Positions 16,634-26,887 are shown, numbered from the stretch's first letter. The stretch is DNA of 64,000 bases from an uncultured Actinomycetes bacterium (GCA_963746115.1 CAVVAA010000009.1:49194-113193); one strand, 5' to 3'. A program made the numbers and translations. Notes: a model not told the origin generated them from the sequence alone.

Positions 16634-18124
16634 ATGCAACGCGCAACATCGCATCCGCCTGACGCCGCCTATCCGCGGCGCTGGCTCGCAGCCGCCGTGA
16701 TGATCGTGGCCTCGACCGTCGACCTGATCGACGGCACCATCGTGAACGTCGCCCTGCCCACGATCCGCCGCGACCTGGGCGCGTCCGGCGCCCAGCTCGA
16801 GTGGGTCGTCTCGGCGTACATGCTCGCGTTCGCGGCCGCGCTGATCACGGCCGGTAGCCTGGGCGACCTGCTCGGGCGCAAGCGCCTGTTCCTGCTCGGC
16901 ACCGCGGTCTTCGGCGCCGCCAGCCTCGGGGCGGGCGTGGCCCAGACCGCCAACGAGCTGATCGCCGCACGCGTCGTCCAGGGCGCCGCGGCGGCGACGA
17001 TGTCGCCGCAGGTGCTCGCCACGTTCCGGGCGATGTTCGCCGGCAAGGAGCGCGGCGCCGCGTTCGGCGTCTACGGGGCGACCCTGGGGTTCGCCTCGGC
17101 GGTCGGGCTCATCCTCGGCGGCGTGCTCACCCAGGCGAACCTGTTCGGCTGGGGATGGCGCACCGTGTTCCTCGTGAACATCCCGATCGTCGTCGGATCG
17201 CTGATCGCCGCGGCGATCGTCGTCCCCGAGACGCGGGCGCGCTCCAACCGGCGGCCCGACCTGGCCGGCGCTGCCGTCCTGACCGCCGCGCTCGTGGCGG
17301 TCGTCTATCCGATCCTCGAGGGCCGGCGGCTGGGGTGGCCGGCGTGGGGGTGGGGGATGCTGGCGGCGGGCGTCGTCGCGCTCGTCGCCCTGGCAGTCCG
17401 CGAGCAGCGGCTGCCCCGGCCCGGGGTGGCGCCGCTGCTACGGCCGCAGCTTCTGCGGAGGCCGGCGTTCACCGCCGGGCTGATCGTGCAGCTGGCGTTC
17501 TCGATCGGCATGCAGGGGTTCGCGATCGTGTTCGCCCTGTGGCTCCAGCTCGGACAGGGCTACTCGCCCCTCCGGGCCGGCCTGACGATGGTCGCGTTCA
17601 GCGTCGGCAGCTTCGTCGCCGCGCCGTTTGCGATCCCGCTCGCACAGCGGTGGGGGCGGCTGGTGCTGGCGGCCGGTGCGCTGCTGATGGCGGTGGGCAC
17701 GGCCGGGATCGCCGTCGGCGCTCACCACGTCGGCACCGGGAACGGCCCGTGGCCGCTCGTCCCCGGCCTGCTCGTGTCCGGCCTGGGGCTGGCCCTGCTC
17801 GTCATCCCGCTCGTGAACGTCGTCCTCGCCGCCGTGCCGGCGCACGCCGCCGGAGGCGCGTCGGGCCTCTTCGGCACCGCCCAGCAGATCGGCGGCGCGG
17901 TCGGGGTCGCCGTGATGGGGACGATCTTCTTCGGCGCCCTCGACCGCGGCTCGTTCAAGGCGGCCTACCTGGCCACGACGCCGTACCTGGTGGCGGTGTT
18001 CGTCGTCGCGGCCGTGCTCTGCCTGGCGCTGCCGGCGACCGCGGTCGGCGAGGAGGCGGCGCTCGACGCCGAGGACGAAGACCGCCCGGTCGCCCATCCG
18101 CTGCACGAGGGCATCGCCGCCTGA
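16634..18124 (+). CDS. MFS transporter, DHA2/EmrB-type 14-TM drug efflux family
   Basis: In-frame tail of ORF 15698..18124 from MQRATSH. Motif LGDLLGRKRLFLLG. Divergent from tetR. Confidence 0.85.
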   Translation: MQRATSHPPDAAYPRRWLAAAVMIVASTVDLIDGTIVNVALPTIRRDLGASGAQLEWVVSAYMLAFAAALITAGSLGDLLGRKRLFLLGTAVFGAASLGAGVAQTANELIAARVVQGAAAATMSPQVLATFRAMFAGKERGAAFGVYGATLGFASAVGLILGGVLTQANLFGWGWRTVFLVNIPIVVGSLIAAAIVVPETRARSNRRPDLAGAAVLTAALVAVVYPILEGRRLGWPAWGWGMLAAGVVALVALAVREQRLPRPGVAPLLRPQLLRRPAFTAGLIVQLAFSIGMQGFAIVFALWLQLGQGYSPLRAGLTMVAFSVGSFVAAPFAIPLAQRWGRLVLAAGALLMAVGTAGIAVGAHHVGTGNGPWPLVPGLLVSGLGLALLVIPLVNVVLAAVPAHAAGGASGLFGTAQQIGGAVGVAVMGTIFFGALDRGSFKAAYLATTPYLVAVFVVAAVLCLALPATAVGEEAALDAEDEDRPVAHPLHEGIAA

Positions 18125-18135
18125 CGCGGCCCATG

Positions 18136-18165
18136 GGGGGCGCCGGCTCGTGCGCCGGCGCCCCC
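18136..18165 (+). terminator. GC hairpin downstream of the MFS gene
   Basis: GGGGGCGCCGGC, 6-nt loop, GCCGGCGCCCCC: a perfect 12-bp stem followed by a T-containing tract. Confidence 0.5.
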
Positions 18166-18271
18166 GGAATATTGCGTTTGTGTTGTGTGAGGAGCGAACA
18201 CCTGTGAAACGTCCGGCTGGGTGCCGATATCGACGGAGAGAACACTGCCCCTGAACGCGAACGACGGAACC

Positions 18272-18559
18272 ATGCTCACCAGCCTCACGAACCAGCTCGC
18301 CCTCATCGCCGCCGTCTACGGCGTCATCTCCTCGCTCTCTCCCATGCTCCAGATCGTCCGCATGCGCCGGGCCGGCTCGGCCGACAGCCTGTCGCGCAGC
18401 TACGTCATGATCGGCGCCGGGGGCTACATGATCTGGTTCATCTACGGCCTCTCCCTCGGCAACATGCCGCTGATCGTCTGCGACGCGATCGGCGCGGCGA
18501 TGCAGCTGACCGTCCTCTGGTGGGCCTACCGGCTCGACGAGGGCCCGCGCGCGGCGTAA
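18272..18559 (+). CDS. SemiSWEET / PQ-loop family small transporter
   Basis: About 95 aa with 3 TM segments. The SPMLQI motif fits a PQ-loop. The start is taken at MLTSLTNQ. Confidence 0.65.
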   Translation: MLTSLTNQLALIAAVYGVISSLSPMLQIVRMRRAGSADSLSRSYVMIGAGGYMIWFIYGLSLGNMPLIVCDAIGAAMQLTVLWWAYRLDEGPRAA

Positions 18560-18621
18560 CACACGCTTAGCAATCCGGCGCCGGGCGGTTGGTATTCTCG
18601 CTCGCGGCGAGGAGGCGGCGG

Positions 18622-19899
18622 ATGCGCGTCGGACGAGCAGTTGGATGGGTCGCGGTGCTCCTGGCCACCATCGGCCCGATGGTGGCGAGCGCCTCTGGGG
18701 CGCCCGCGCACACGAGCCGGGTGGACCTCTCCAGCGGCGGGGTGCTCGGGAACACGGCCGTCGACGAGGGCGGGATCGCGATATCCGCGAACGGGAATCT
18801 GATCGCGTTCGCCTCGTCGGCCTCGAACCTCGTCCCGGGCGACACGAACGGCATGCGCGACGTCTTCGTGCGCAACCTGCGCACCGGCACGACCTCGCGG
18901 GTCGACGTCGGGCCCGGCGGCGTCCAGGCCAACGGCGACAGCTTCGGCCCGCTCGCCATCTCCGGCGACGGGCGTTTCGTCGCGTTCGAGTCCGACTCGT
19001 CCAACCTCGCGGCCGGCAGCGGCTGCACGCCGGGCCAGGCCCCCGACTGCCTCTTCATCCGCGACCGGCTGCACCACACCACCCGGGTCGTCAAGCGCAT
19101 TCCGAACCCGGGGATCCTGGCGTTGTCCGAGCACGGCCGCTACCTGGTGGCCGCCGGCCTCGTGACGCCGCTCGAGCGGATCGACCTGCACACGAACACG
19201 GCCGTCGTCGTCAGCTGCTGCGGCCTCGGCAGCGACCTCAAGAACCTCGAGTTCGACGGCATGTCGCAGAACGCCAACCTGGTCGCGTTCGCGCTCGACG
19301 CCGGGCCGTCGGACCCCGCCCATTCCGGTGTGTTCCAGGTGTACGTGCGGAACATCGCCCGCCACACGACGACGCTCATCAGCAAGAGCGACGCCGGCGT
19401 GCCGGGCGACGCCGCCAGCCTCGGGGGAGCGATGTCGCCCGGCGGGCGGTACGTCTTCTTCACCTCGCAGGCGCGGAACCTGGTCGGGGGCGACACGAAC
19501 GGCCACGCGGACGTCTTCGTGCGCGATCGCCGGCGCGGAACCACGCGCCGCATCGACGTCGGCATGCACGGCCAGCAGACGAACGGCGACTCGTTTGCGC
19601 TCGCGATGTCGGCGGGCGGGCGCTACCGCCTGTTCGAGTCGTGGGCGACGAACATCGTCCCCGGCGACACGAACCACGCGGCCGACCTCTTCGTCCGCGA
19701 CCGCCGGACCGGGCGGACGGTCCGCGTCGACCTGACCGCCGCGGGCGGGCAGGCGAACCACGGCGTGGGCAACGCGGGGGACATCGGCGTGGCGATGACG
19801 CCTGGCGCCCGCTGGGTCGCCTTCGTGTCGCCGTCGACCAATCTGGTGGCTCCGGCGAGCGCGCTCGCGCACCTGTATCTGCGCGGCCCCCTCTACTGA
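18622..19899 (+). CDS. secreted PD40/TolB-like beta-propeller repeat protein
   Basis: Signal-like N-terminus. Repeated blades SxxGRYVAF.S.A.NLVPGDTNG..DVFVRD. GAGGAGG RBS. Confidence 0.75.
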   Translation: MRVGRAVGWVAVLLATIGPMVASASGAPAHTSRVDLSSGGVLGNTAVDEGGIAISANGNLIAFASSASNLVPGDTNGMRDVFVRNLRTGTTSRVDVGPGGVQANGDSFGPLAISGDGRFVAFESDSSNLAAGSGCTPGQAPDCLFIRDRLHHTTRVVKRIPNPGILALSEHGRYLVAAGLVTPLERIDLHTNTAVVVSCCGLGSDLKNLEFDGMSQNANLVAFALDAGPSDPAHSGVFQVYVRNIARHTTTLISKSDAGVPGDAASLGGAMSPGGRYVFFTSQARNLVGGDTNGHADVFVRDRRRGTTRRIDVGMHGQQTNGDSFALAMSAGGRYRLFESWATNIVPGDTNHAADLFVRDRRTGRTVRVDLTAAGGQANHGVGNAGDIGVAMTPGARWVAFVSPSTNLVAPASALAHLYLRGPLY

Positions 19900-20771
19900 C
19901 CGCCGACCCAGGCCAGGATGCCGCGCCAGTGGTCGGCGAGCGCGTGACCGGCGCCGGGTACGAGCTCGAAGCGGGCGTTCGGGAGCCGCTCCCCGAGGTA
20001 GGCGCAGTGCGCCCGCGGGACGAGGACGTCGAGCTCGCCCTGCCAGAGCCGCGTCTCACAGGTCGCGTCTGAGAGCGGGAAGCCCCAGCCCGTCGCGAAT
20101 GCCCGGTCGTCGTCGGCCCAGCCGCGCGATCCCTGGCGCACCGACTCGACGACCGACTCCCGGCCCAGCGCGCGCTGCTCTGGGCGGCGGAACACCTCCT
20201 GGTCGGCGGGCGGCAGGTGGGCGGCGAGCTCCTCGAGGAGCGCATCCGGGTCGCGTCGCACCTGGTCGACAAACGGCTGCAGGTAGGCGGCCAGCGCCTC
20301 CTCGGACTCGCGCGCCGCCGCGAACTCGTCCAGGTTGATCTGATCCATGCCCGTGAGGAAGTCGAAGTCCGGATCGTCCGACGGGGCGACGCCGACCACG
20401 ATGCCGACCCGGGAGACGCGCCTGCCGAGGCGGGCCGAGCAGGCGAGCGCGTGCGGGCCGCCGCCGGATGTGCCCACCACCGCGAACCGCTCGATCCCGA
20501 GGTGATCCGTCAGGGCGGCGACGTCGGCCGCGGCATCGATCACCCGCCTGCCCGGCTGCGGGTCGGACTCGCCGTAGCCGGGCCGGTCGTACGTGATCAT
20601 CCGCAGGCCCAGCTCGGCGAGCATGCCGTCCTCGTCCGGGTGCCGGTCGAGGCGCGATCCCGGCGTCCCGTGGTGGCTCACGACGGGCGTCGCGCCCGGG
20701 TCGCCGTTCTCGCGGTAGGTCAGGCGGCGCCCGTCCGCTGTGAGCAGGTGCCCGGTGCGCGGTGCCGGCAT
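19893..20771 (-). CDS. alpha/beta hydrolase
   Basis: HHGTPGS motif, nucleophile elbow GTSGGG, C-terminal GAGHAL. Confidence 0.8.
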   Translation of the reverse strand: MPAPRTGHLLTADGRRLTYRENGDPGATPVVSHHGTPGSRLDRHPDEDGMLAELGLRMITYDRPGYGESDPQPGRRVIDAAADVAALTDHLGIERFAVVGTSGGGPHALACSARLGRRVSRVGIVVGVAPSDDPDFDFLTGMDQINLDEFAAARESEEALAAYLQPFVDQVRRDPDALLEELAAHLPPADQEVFRRPEQRALGRESVVESVRQGSRGWADDDRAFATGWGFPLSDATCETRLWQGELDVLVPRAHCAYLGERLPNARFELVPGAGHALADHWRGILAWVGGQ

Positions 20772-21173
20772 CTAGGGGTGGCGCTCGCGCTCTTTGGACG
20801 TCGCGTAGATCGCTGCACGGAACGCCGGGCGCGTGCGCAGGAGCTCTCCGAACCCGGCCTCGTCGACGACGCCGACGTCGACCGACGTCCGGGCGCGCAC
20901 CGTGGCGTTGCGGGCGAGCGCGTAGCCGGGACCGGGGTCGATCGCCGCCAGCTCGCCGAAGAACTCCCCGGGGCCGAGCTCTGCGACAGGCTCGCCGTCA
21001 CGCAGGACGACGACCGTGCCCTGGAGGATGAGGAAGAAGTCGGTGCCGAGCTCGCCCTGGGTGACGATTGCGCTGCCCGGCGGGTACGACCGGCGCCGCA
21101 GCGCAGCGGCCACCGCGGTGCGGTCGTCGTCGTCCAGCCTCTCCAGCACCGGGCTCTCCGCGTCAACGCTCAT
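20772..21173 (-). CDS. stand-alone cyclic nucleotide-binding domain protein
   Basis: FFGELAA and RNATVRA cNMP-binding cassette motifs. Abuts the hydrolase gene with no gap. Confidence 0.8.
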   Translation of the reverse strand: MSVDAESPVLERLDDDDRTAVAAALRRRSYPPGSAIVTQGELGTDFFLILQGTVVVLRDGEPVAELGPGEFFGELAAIDPGPGYALARNATVRARTSVDVGVVDEAGFGELLRTRPAFRAAIYATSKERERHP

Positions 21174-21228
21174 CTGCCGTTGCAGACACTATCGAAACGA
21201 TCGGCACGAGCGCCAGCGCGCCGGGAGC

Positions 21229-21855
21229 TCAGTGCACGACGGCCGCCGCGGTCGAGGCGACCAGTGCGACCGCGAGCGCGATGTTTGCGCGCCGTGAGCG
21301 GACGGGGTCGCGCAGCGCCGGTGCCACCCAGGCGGCGGCGAGCAGCCAGGCGGTGTTGATGGCGACGATCATGGCGGTGAGGGCGGCCACCTTGATCCCC
21401 GAGTCCGCGACCGTGTGTGTCGCGATCCGCGCGCTGACGAAGACCGCGCCGATTGCGACCCACGCCTTGGGGTTGGCGACGCCGAGGAGCAGCCCGCCGC
21501 CGAGCGAGGGTGCGGGGGCGTCGCTGTCGGCCGCGGCCAGCGGAGGCGCGGTCGCGATGTGATAGGCGAGGTAGAGGATGTACGCCGCCGCGACGGCGAT
21601 GAACGCGGGCCGGACGGCCGGGAGCGCGAGCAGCGCCCCCGTGAGCCCGGCCGCCACCATGAGCAGCACCACGATTGTGCCGGCGACGATGCCGGCCAGG
21701 TAGCGGGCCGACCGGCGGACGCCGAACGCGACCCCGGTCGCCGTGAGGCTGATCGTCGCCGGGCCGGGGCTGCCCATGATGGCGAGCGAGGTGAGCAGGA
21801 GCGCCGGCAGCGCCGACCAGCGGATGGATGCGGTCGCGAGCAGTGCGAGGGTCAT
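21229..21855 (-). CDS. LysE family translocator
   Basis: GSPGPAT N-terminal motif, GVANPKAW, about 6 TM segments. Confidence 0.8.
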   Translation of the reverse strand: MTLALLATASIRWSALPALLLTSLAIMGSPGPATISLTATGVAFGVRRSARYLAGIVAGTIVVLLMVAAGLTGALLALPAVRPAFIAVAAAYILYLAYHIATAPPLAAADSDAPAPSLGGGLLLGVANPKAWVAIGAVFVSARIATHTVADSGIKVAALTAMIVAINTAWLLAAAWVAPALRDPVRSRRANIALAVALVASTAAAVVH

Positions 21856-21875
21856 TGCGTCTTTAGACTGGGGCG

Positions 21876-22724
21876 GTGCCCGAGACGCTAACCAGGGCCG
21901 ACACCGGCCGTCTTGAACGATCGTGCGGCCGCGACGCGATCCGCGTCGGCGCGGGCGCGCCGGGCATCGAGCGGGTCGAGGCGCACTTCGGCGGCCGGGC
22001 GTTCTCGCTTCACCGTCACGACACCTACGCGCTCGGGATCACGACGTCCGGCGTGCAGGAGTTCCGCTATCGCGGCGCGCGTCGCATCTGCCTGCCCGGC
22101 CAGCTCCATCTGCTCCACCCGGACGAGCTACACGACGGCGGCCCGGCGACGCCGGACGGCTTCGGCTACCGGATCGCCTACGTCGAGCCCGCGGTCGTCC
22201 AGGCGGCGCTCGGCGGCCGGCCGCTGCCGTTCGCGGCCGAGCCCGTCCGCGACGCGTGTCCCGCGACCGCCGGGCTGGTCGGGCTCCTCGCGGACATCGA
22301 CGAGCCCCTCGACGAGCTCGCCGCAGTCGCGGCGGCGGCAGCGGTCGCCGACGCTCTCGAGGCGGCCGCCGGCCGCACCCAGGCGGGCGGCGCAATCGAC
22401 ACTGCCGGCCTGACGGCGGTGCGCGAGCACCTGTCGGCCCACCCGACCGCGAAGACGCGTGCCGCGGACCTCGAGCGGATCGCGGGCATCGACCGCTGGA
22501 GCGTCGCCCGCCAGTTCCGGAAGGCGTTCGGGACGAGCCCCGACCGCTACCGGCGCATGCGCCGCCTCGCCGTCGCCCGCGACGCGATCGCCGCGGGTGG
22601 GGCGCTGGCCCGGGTCGCGGCGGAGACGGGGTTCGCCGACCAGAGCCACATGACCCGCCACTTCACCCGCACGTACGGCCTCACGCCCGGGCGGTGGGCG
22701 GCGCTGACGGCGGCGTCCCGCTGA
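21876..22724 (+). CDS. AraC family transcriptional regulator
   Basis: C-terminal double HTH: RWSVARQFRKAFGTSPDRYR...GFADQSHMTRHFTRTYGLTPGRW. Confidence 0.85.
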   Translation: MPETLTRADTGRLERSCGRDAIRVGAGAPGIERVEAHFGGRAFSLHRHDTYALGITTSGVQEFRYRGARRICLPGQLHLLHPDELHDGGPATPDGFGYRIAYVEPAVVQAALGGRPLPFAAEPVRDACPATAGLVGLLADIDEPLDELAAVAAAAAVADALEAAAGRTQAGGAIDTAGLTAVREHLSAHPTAKTRAADLERIAGIDRWSVARQFRKAFGTSPDRYRRMRRLAVARDAIAAGGALARVAAETGFADQSHMTRHFTRTYGLTPGRWAALTAASR

Positions 22725-22725
22725 A

Positions 22726-23385
22726 TCAGCGCGAGGCGGCCGGGGCGCGCCGGTCGGCGCCGGCGAACGCCGCCCACAGGCCGAGGCCGATGTAGAGCAG
22801 GCCGGTCATGCGCTGCCAGGGCAGCCGGCGGCGGCGCCGGGCGAGCAGCCGCTCCCGCAGCCGCCCCGACCCGATCGCGTAGGCGGAGTCCGAGAGAAGC
22901 CCGATCGCCGCGAATGCGGAGCCGAGGATCAACACCTGGAGCCAGGCCGGGCCGGCGCCGCGGTGGATGAACTGCGGGAACAGCGCGAGGAAGAAGAGCG
23001 CCACCTTCGGATTGCCGAGCTCGACCAGCACGCCCTGCCGGTAGGCGGGCCAGACGCTCGCGGGCGCCGCTCCGGGAGTTCCGGGCGTGAGCGTGTCGTG
23101 GCCCCTTCGCAGGGCGACCACCCCGATCGCGCACAGGTAGGCGGCGCCGGCGTAGTGGATCGCGGAGAAGAGGACCTCGGACGAGGCGATCAGCGCCGAG
23201 AGCCCGACTGCGGTCGCGACCACATAGGTGAGCGCGGCCGTCGCACAGCCGCACGCCCCGGCCGCGGCGGCTCGGGGGCCGCTCTGGAGGCCGCGCCCGA
23301 GCACATAGAGATTGCTCGGGCCGGGCACGACGATCACCCCGGTGGCGACCAGCAGGAAGACCGCGAGTGTCTCGGCCGACGGCAC
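22726..23385 (-). CDS. LysE family translocator
   Basis: In-frame tail of ORF 22726..23688 from GTG 23385. PGPSNLY and LGNPKVALFF motifs. Confidence 0.8.
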   Translation of the reverse strand: MPSAETLAVFLLVATGVIVVPGPSNLYVLGRGLQSGPRAAAAGACGCATAALTYVVATAVGLSALIASSEVLFSAIHYAGAAYLCAIGVVALRRGHDTLTPGTPGAAPASVWPAYRQGVLVELGNPKVALFFLALFPQFIHRGAGPAWLQVLILGSAFAAIGLLSDSAYAIGSGRLRERLLARRRRRLPWQRMTGLLYIGLGLWAAFAGADRRAPAASR

Positions 23386-23459
23386 GTGAGCAGCATACGG
23401 GCGGCGGCGACGCGGCTGCTCGGGCGCGGGCTCTGGTACCCTCGCGACCGGGAGCAGCG

Positions 23460-24170
23460 ATGACCGGCGGCGATCGACCCACGGGAACCCTGACGCTCTT
23501 CTTCTCCGATATGGAGGGATCGACGCGGCTTGCCCGCGCGCTCGGGGACCGGTGGCCCGATCTGCTCGCCCGCCACCGTGAGGTGCTGCGGGAGGTGGTC
23601 GAATCGGAGGGCGGAACCGTCGTCGACTGCCAGGGCGACTCGATGTTCGCGGTCTTCGTCTCGGCCTCGGCCGGCGTCCGGGCCGCATCCGAGGCGCAGC
23701 GGCGCATGGCGGCCGAGCGCTGGCCGGACGGTGTCGCCGTGCGCGTTCGCATCGGCGTCCACACCGGCGAGCCGGCGCAGACCGTCGACGGCGGCTACGC
23801 GGGGGTCGACGTCTCCCACGCCGCCCGGCTGTGCGCGGCGGGCCACGGCGGCCAGGTGCTCCTGAGCGAGCCGGCCCGGCTCATCTCCGGCGCCGACACG
23901 ATCAGCCTCGGCCCGGCCGCGCTCCCCGACATCGAGCCGCCGTCGGTCGTGCACCAGCTGGTCGATGACGGGCTCGGCGAGGAGTTCCCGCCGCTGCGCA
24001 CCAACGCCCAGCCGCCGCCCGCGGAGCCGGAGCCCGACCGCGGCGACTTCGACCAGCGCATCGAGCGCGCCGCCGAGTCGTTCGAGCAGCGCCTGAACGA
24101 CCAGATCGCCGACACTCTGGAGCGGGCGTTCCAGTGGTCGCCGGGGAAGCGGAAGCCGAAGGACCGCTAG
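23460..24170 (+). CDS. class III adenylate/guanylate cyclase domain protein
   Basis: TLTLFFSDMEGSTRL, QGDSMFAVF and RIGVHTGE motifs. The start is taken at MTGGDRP. Confidence 0.8.
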   Translation: MTGGDRPTGTLTLFFSDMEGSTRLARALGDRWPDLLARHREVLREVVESEGGTVVDCQGDSMFAVFVSASAGVRAASEAQRRMAAERWPDGVAVRVRIGVHTGEPAQTVDGGYAGVDVSHAARLCAAGHGGQVLLSEPARLISGADTISLGPAALPDIEPPSVVHQLVDDGLGEEFPPLRTNAQPPPAEPEPDRGDFDQRIERAAESFEQRLNDQIADTLERAFQWSPGKRKPKDR

Positions 24171-24592
24171 CTACGTCGTTCCGTGGAACCACGGGGCGTA
24201 TGAGATGCCGACGATCAGCCCCTCCGCGGAAAGCAGCCGGGCGACGGTCTGACCCCACGGCTCCTCGCGGGCGTCGTGCACCAGCTCGAAGCCGGCGCCG
24301 CGAAGCTCTGCGGCGGCGCTGCGACCGCGCCCGGGTCCGCCACCTCGAACTCGACCGACGCCTGCGGCACGGTCACGTCCTGCGGCCACTCCGGGTTCCC
24401 GAAGCACGCCTGCGCCGCCTCGGCGAGTGGCCACACGCCGAAGTGCCTGGCGCCGTCGACGCGCTCGCTGTGGAAGTAGTCGCTGCCCTCGCTTGCCTCG
24501 AGGGGCAGGCCGAGCGCGTCGACGTAGAGCCCGCGGCTCCGGGCCGGGTCGGGTGTGATGACGGCGAAGCCGGCGATGAACTCGATGTTCAT
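24171..24592 (-). pseudogene. VOC/glyoxalase family protein, one frame break near 24330
   Basis: N-terminal part in ORF 24215..24592. The C-terminal part (AAAELRGAGFELVHDAREEPWGQTVARLLSAEGLIVGISY) is in ORF 24171..24767. Confidence 0.65.
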
Positions 24593-24699
24593 GGGAACCT
24601 CCGATCGTGTGTTCTGAAAGGCCGGAGGCTAGGCCCGCCGGTCGCAGTGGGCTTGAACGAATCGGACGTCTTCGCGTATCGCGGGGTAGAGTCGCCCGC

Positions 24700-25140
24700 A
24701 TGGCCGAGCCACGCAATGCGCCGTTCGGGGCCGTACGCCTTGCGGACGTCACCGTGGTCACCGACATCGACCCGAACTACCCGGACGCAACCGACGGGGA
24801 CTTCCATCTCGTGCGCCGCCACTTCGACATCCGTTCGTTCGGGGTGAACGGGATCACGGGCGATGCCGGCGACGAGATGGTGGAGCCGCATCACGAGCGC
24901 GACGACGAGGTCAATCGCACTGACGGCCACGAAGAGCTGTTCGCGGTGATGAGCGGCCACGCCGTCTTCACCGTGGACGGGGAGGACGTCGACGCTCCGG
25001 CCGGCACGCTGGTCTTCGTGCGCGACCCGGGGCTCATCCGCAGCGCCCGGGCGACCGCCGACGGTACCTCGATCCTCGCGGTCGGCGGCAAGCCCGGAGC
25101 GGCGTACGAGCTCTCGCGGTGGGAGCAGGATCTGGCCTGA
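24700..25140 (+). CDS. cupin domain protein
   Basis: ORF 24607..25140. Cupin core HHERDDEVNRTDGHEELFAVMSGHAVFTVDGEDV. The start is taken at MAEPRNA. Confidence 0.65.
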   Translation: MAEPRNAPFGAVRLADVTVVTDIDPNYPDATDGDFHLVRRHFDIRSFGVNGITGDAGDEMVEPHHERDDEVNRTDGHEELFAVMSGHAVFTVDGEDVDAPAGTLVFVRDPGLIRSARATADGTSILAVGGKPGAAYELSRWEQDLA

Positions 25141-25250
25141 CCGCAACCTCGGTCGCAAACGCCGCAGGCCGGAAGCCGGTAACGCCGGCTCAACGCAAGC
25201 CGCCGACCTCGACCCCGCTCGGGACGAGCCGCGTTTGGCGAGCTCCCTGG

Positions 25251-25976
25251 CTAGCCGGCGATCCGCTCGTATTCGTCGTGTCGGCGCGGCCAGCCTTCGG
25301 GGTCGCCGCCGCGCCCCGCCGGCGTTCGGTCGAGCAGCTGCCACGTCGCGCACAGAACGTCGGTGCCGCGGTCGTAGCACGAGTACGTGTGGTAGACGAC
25401 GCCCCCCTCGAGCGCGAAGGCGCTCAGGCCGTGGAGCTCGTCCCGGCGCACGTCGATCTCCTCGGCATGCTTCGGCGTGTCGAAGTTGAAGCCCGCGCCG
25501 GTCGTCCGGCCCTCCTCCGTGAACACCGAGAAGTCGAGGTTGAAGTCGCTTCCGCTCTGCGAGGCCCATGGAAAGCTCCAGCCCATGCGGTGGCGGTATG
25601 CGAGCAGCTTCTCGAGCGGCGCGCTCGAGACTGCGACGAACGTCACGCCGCGCGGTGGGAGATGGACGGCAGCTCCGTCCAGCGTGTCGGCGGTGTACGT
25701 GCAACCGACGCAGCCGGCATCGGGCCAGCCGTTGACGGTCGGGCCGAACATGAAGTGGTAGACGAGCAGCTGCGAGCGCCCGTCGAAGAGCTCGGCCAGC
25801 CCCGTCGTCCCGGCCTCGGTCTCGAAGCGGTAGTCCTTCTCGACCGCGACCCACGGCAGCGCCTGCCGCTTGTGGGCGAGCTCGTCGCTTCGCCGGGTCA
25901 GCTCCTTCTCCTCGGCAAGCAGCGCTGTGCGGGCGGCCAGCCACTGCTCGCGGGTTCCGGTGTCGTGGGTAGGCAT
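25251..25976 (-). CDS. DUF899 thioredoxin-like family protein
   Basis: EQWLAARTALLAEEKELTRRSDELA...LLVYHFMFGP...RMGWSFPWASS family signature. Confidence 0.85.
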   Translation of the reverse strand: MPTHDTGTREQWLAARTALLAEEKELTRRSDELAHKRQALPWVAVEKDYRFETEAGTTGLAELFDGRSQLLVYHFMFGPTVNGWPDAGCVGCTYTADTLDGAAVHLPPRGVTFVAVSSAPLEKLLAYRHRMGWSFPWASQSGSDFNLDFSVFTEEGRTTGAGFNFDTPKHAEEIDVRRDELHGLSAFALEGGVVYHTYSCYDRGTDVLCATWQLLDRTPAGRGGDPEGWPRRHDEYERIAG

Positions 25977-26199
25977 CCCATCCCCCTTGGTCGTTACAGG
26001 ATCACAGGACGAGACCCGCGGCGACCCGGAAACTCATCGAAGCGTGCCGAGATGGGAGAGATTGGAAGACGCCGGGGTTGGTGACCGCAGGAATCCTCTG
26101 GCTGGAGGGTCAGGTCAATGGCGGTGTCCCTCGGCGAGCGGAGCCTGGCGTGGTGTGGTTCGGAGATGGAAGAGGGCGACGATGCAATGCGGCCTCCAG

Positions 26200-26859
26200 A
26201 TGAGCACTGCAACGGTCGTGGTCTGTGATGCGAGCGAGATCTCGCGGGTCGGCATCGCCCGATCGCTCGAGCTCCACGACATACAGGTCGTCGCAGAGGC
26301 GGCGAGCCACGCCGCTGCGCTCCATCTCGTCGCGGCCGGCCGAGCCGACGTGGCGCTGGTGGACGTGAGCCTCCCGCTCGCGCCCGACGCCGCGTTCGAC
26401 GTGCTCGCGGCCGCCCGCCGCGCCGGCGCGATTCCGATTGCGATCGGCGTCGGCGGCACCCATGACGCGGTCTTCGCCGCCATCCTCGCCGGCGCGGCCG
26501 GCTATCTGACCAAGGACATGCCGTCCACCGCGTGGGCCGGCGCGATCAACGCGACGCTGCGTGGCGAGGCGCCGCTTTCACGAGCCATGACCGCGCTTCT
26601 TGTGGAGCGCTTCTATGAGCAGGCTGCCCTTGCCCCTCTGGCCGAGCTGCTGCCTTCCGACCGCAGGCTTACTCGGCGGGAATGGGATGTGCTTCGCTGC
26701 GTCGCCCGCGGGGCGACGAACCGCGCGGTCGCGATGGAGCTCTCGATCTCGGTGGAGACCGTACGGACGCACGTCTCCAACATCCTCATGAAGCTCGACG
26801 CACCCAACCGCTCCGCCGCCGCGGCTCGTTACGAGCAGCTGCGCGTCGCCCGCGGCTGA
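26200..26859 (+). CDS. LuxR/NarL-type response regulator
   Basis: Receiver-like N-terminus (VVVCD...ALVDVSLP). C-terminal LuxR HTH: LTRREWDVLRCVARGATNRAVAMELSISVETVRTHVSNILMKL. Confidence 0.8.
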   Translation: MSTATVVVCDASEISRVGIARSLELHDIQVVAEAASHAAALHLVAAGRADVALVDVSLPLAPDAAFDVLAAARRAGAIPIAIGVGGTHDAVFAAILAGAAGYLTKDMPSTAWAGAINATLRGEAPLSRAMTALLVERFYEQAALAPLAELLPSDRRLTRREWDVLRCVARGATNRAVAMELSISVETVRTHVSNILMKLDAPNRSAAAARYEQLRVARG

Positions 26860-26887
26860 CTCGCGGACGGGGCCGACTGCCCCAGGA

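Noticed and set aside
18526-19872. 448-aa minus-strand ORF
   Set aside because: It is antisense to the PD40 propeller gene, which has clear repeated blades and a signal peptide.
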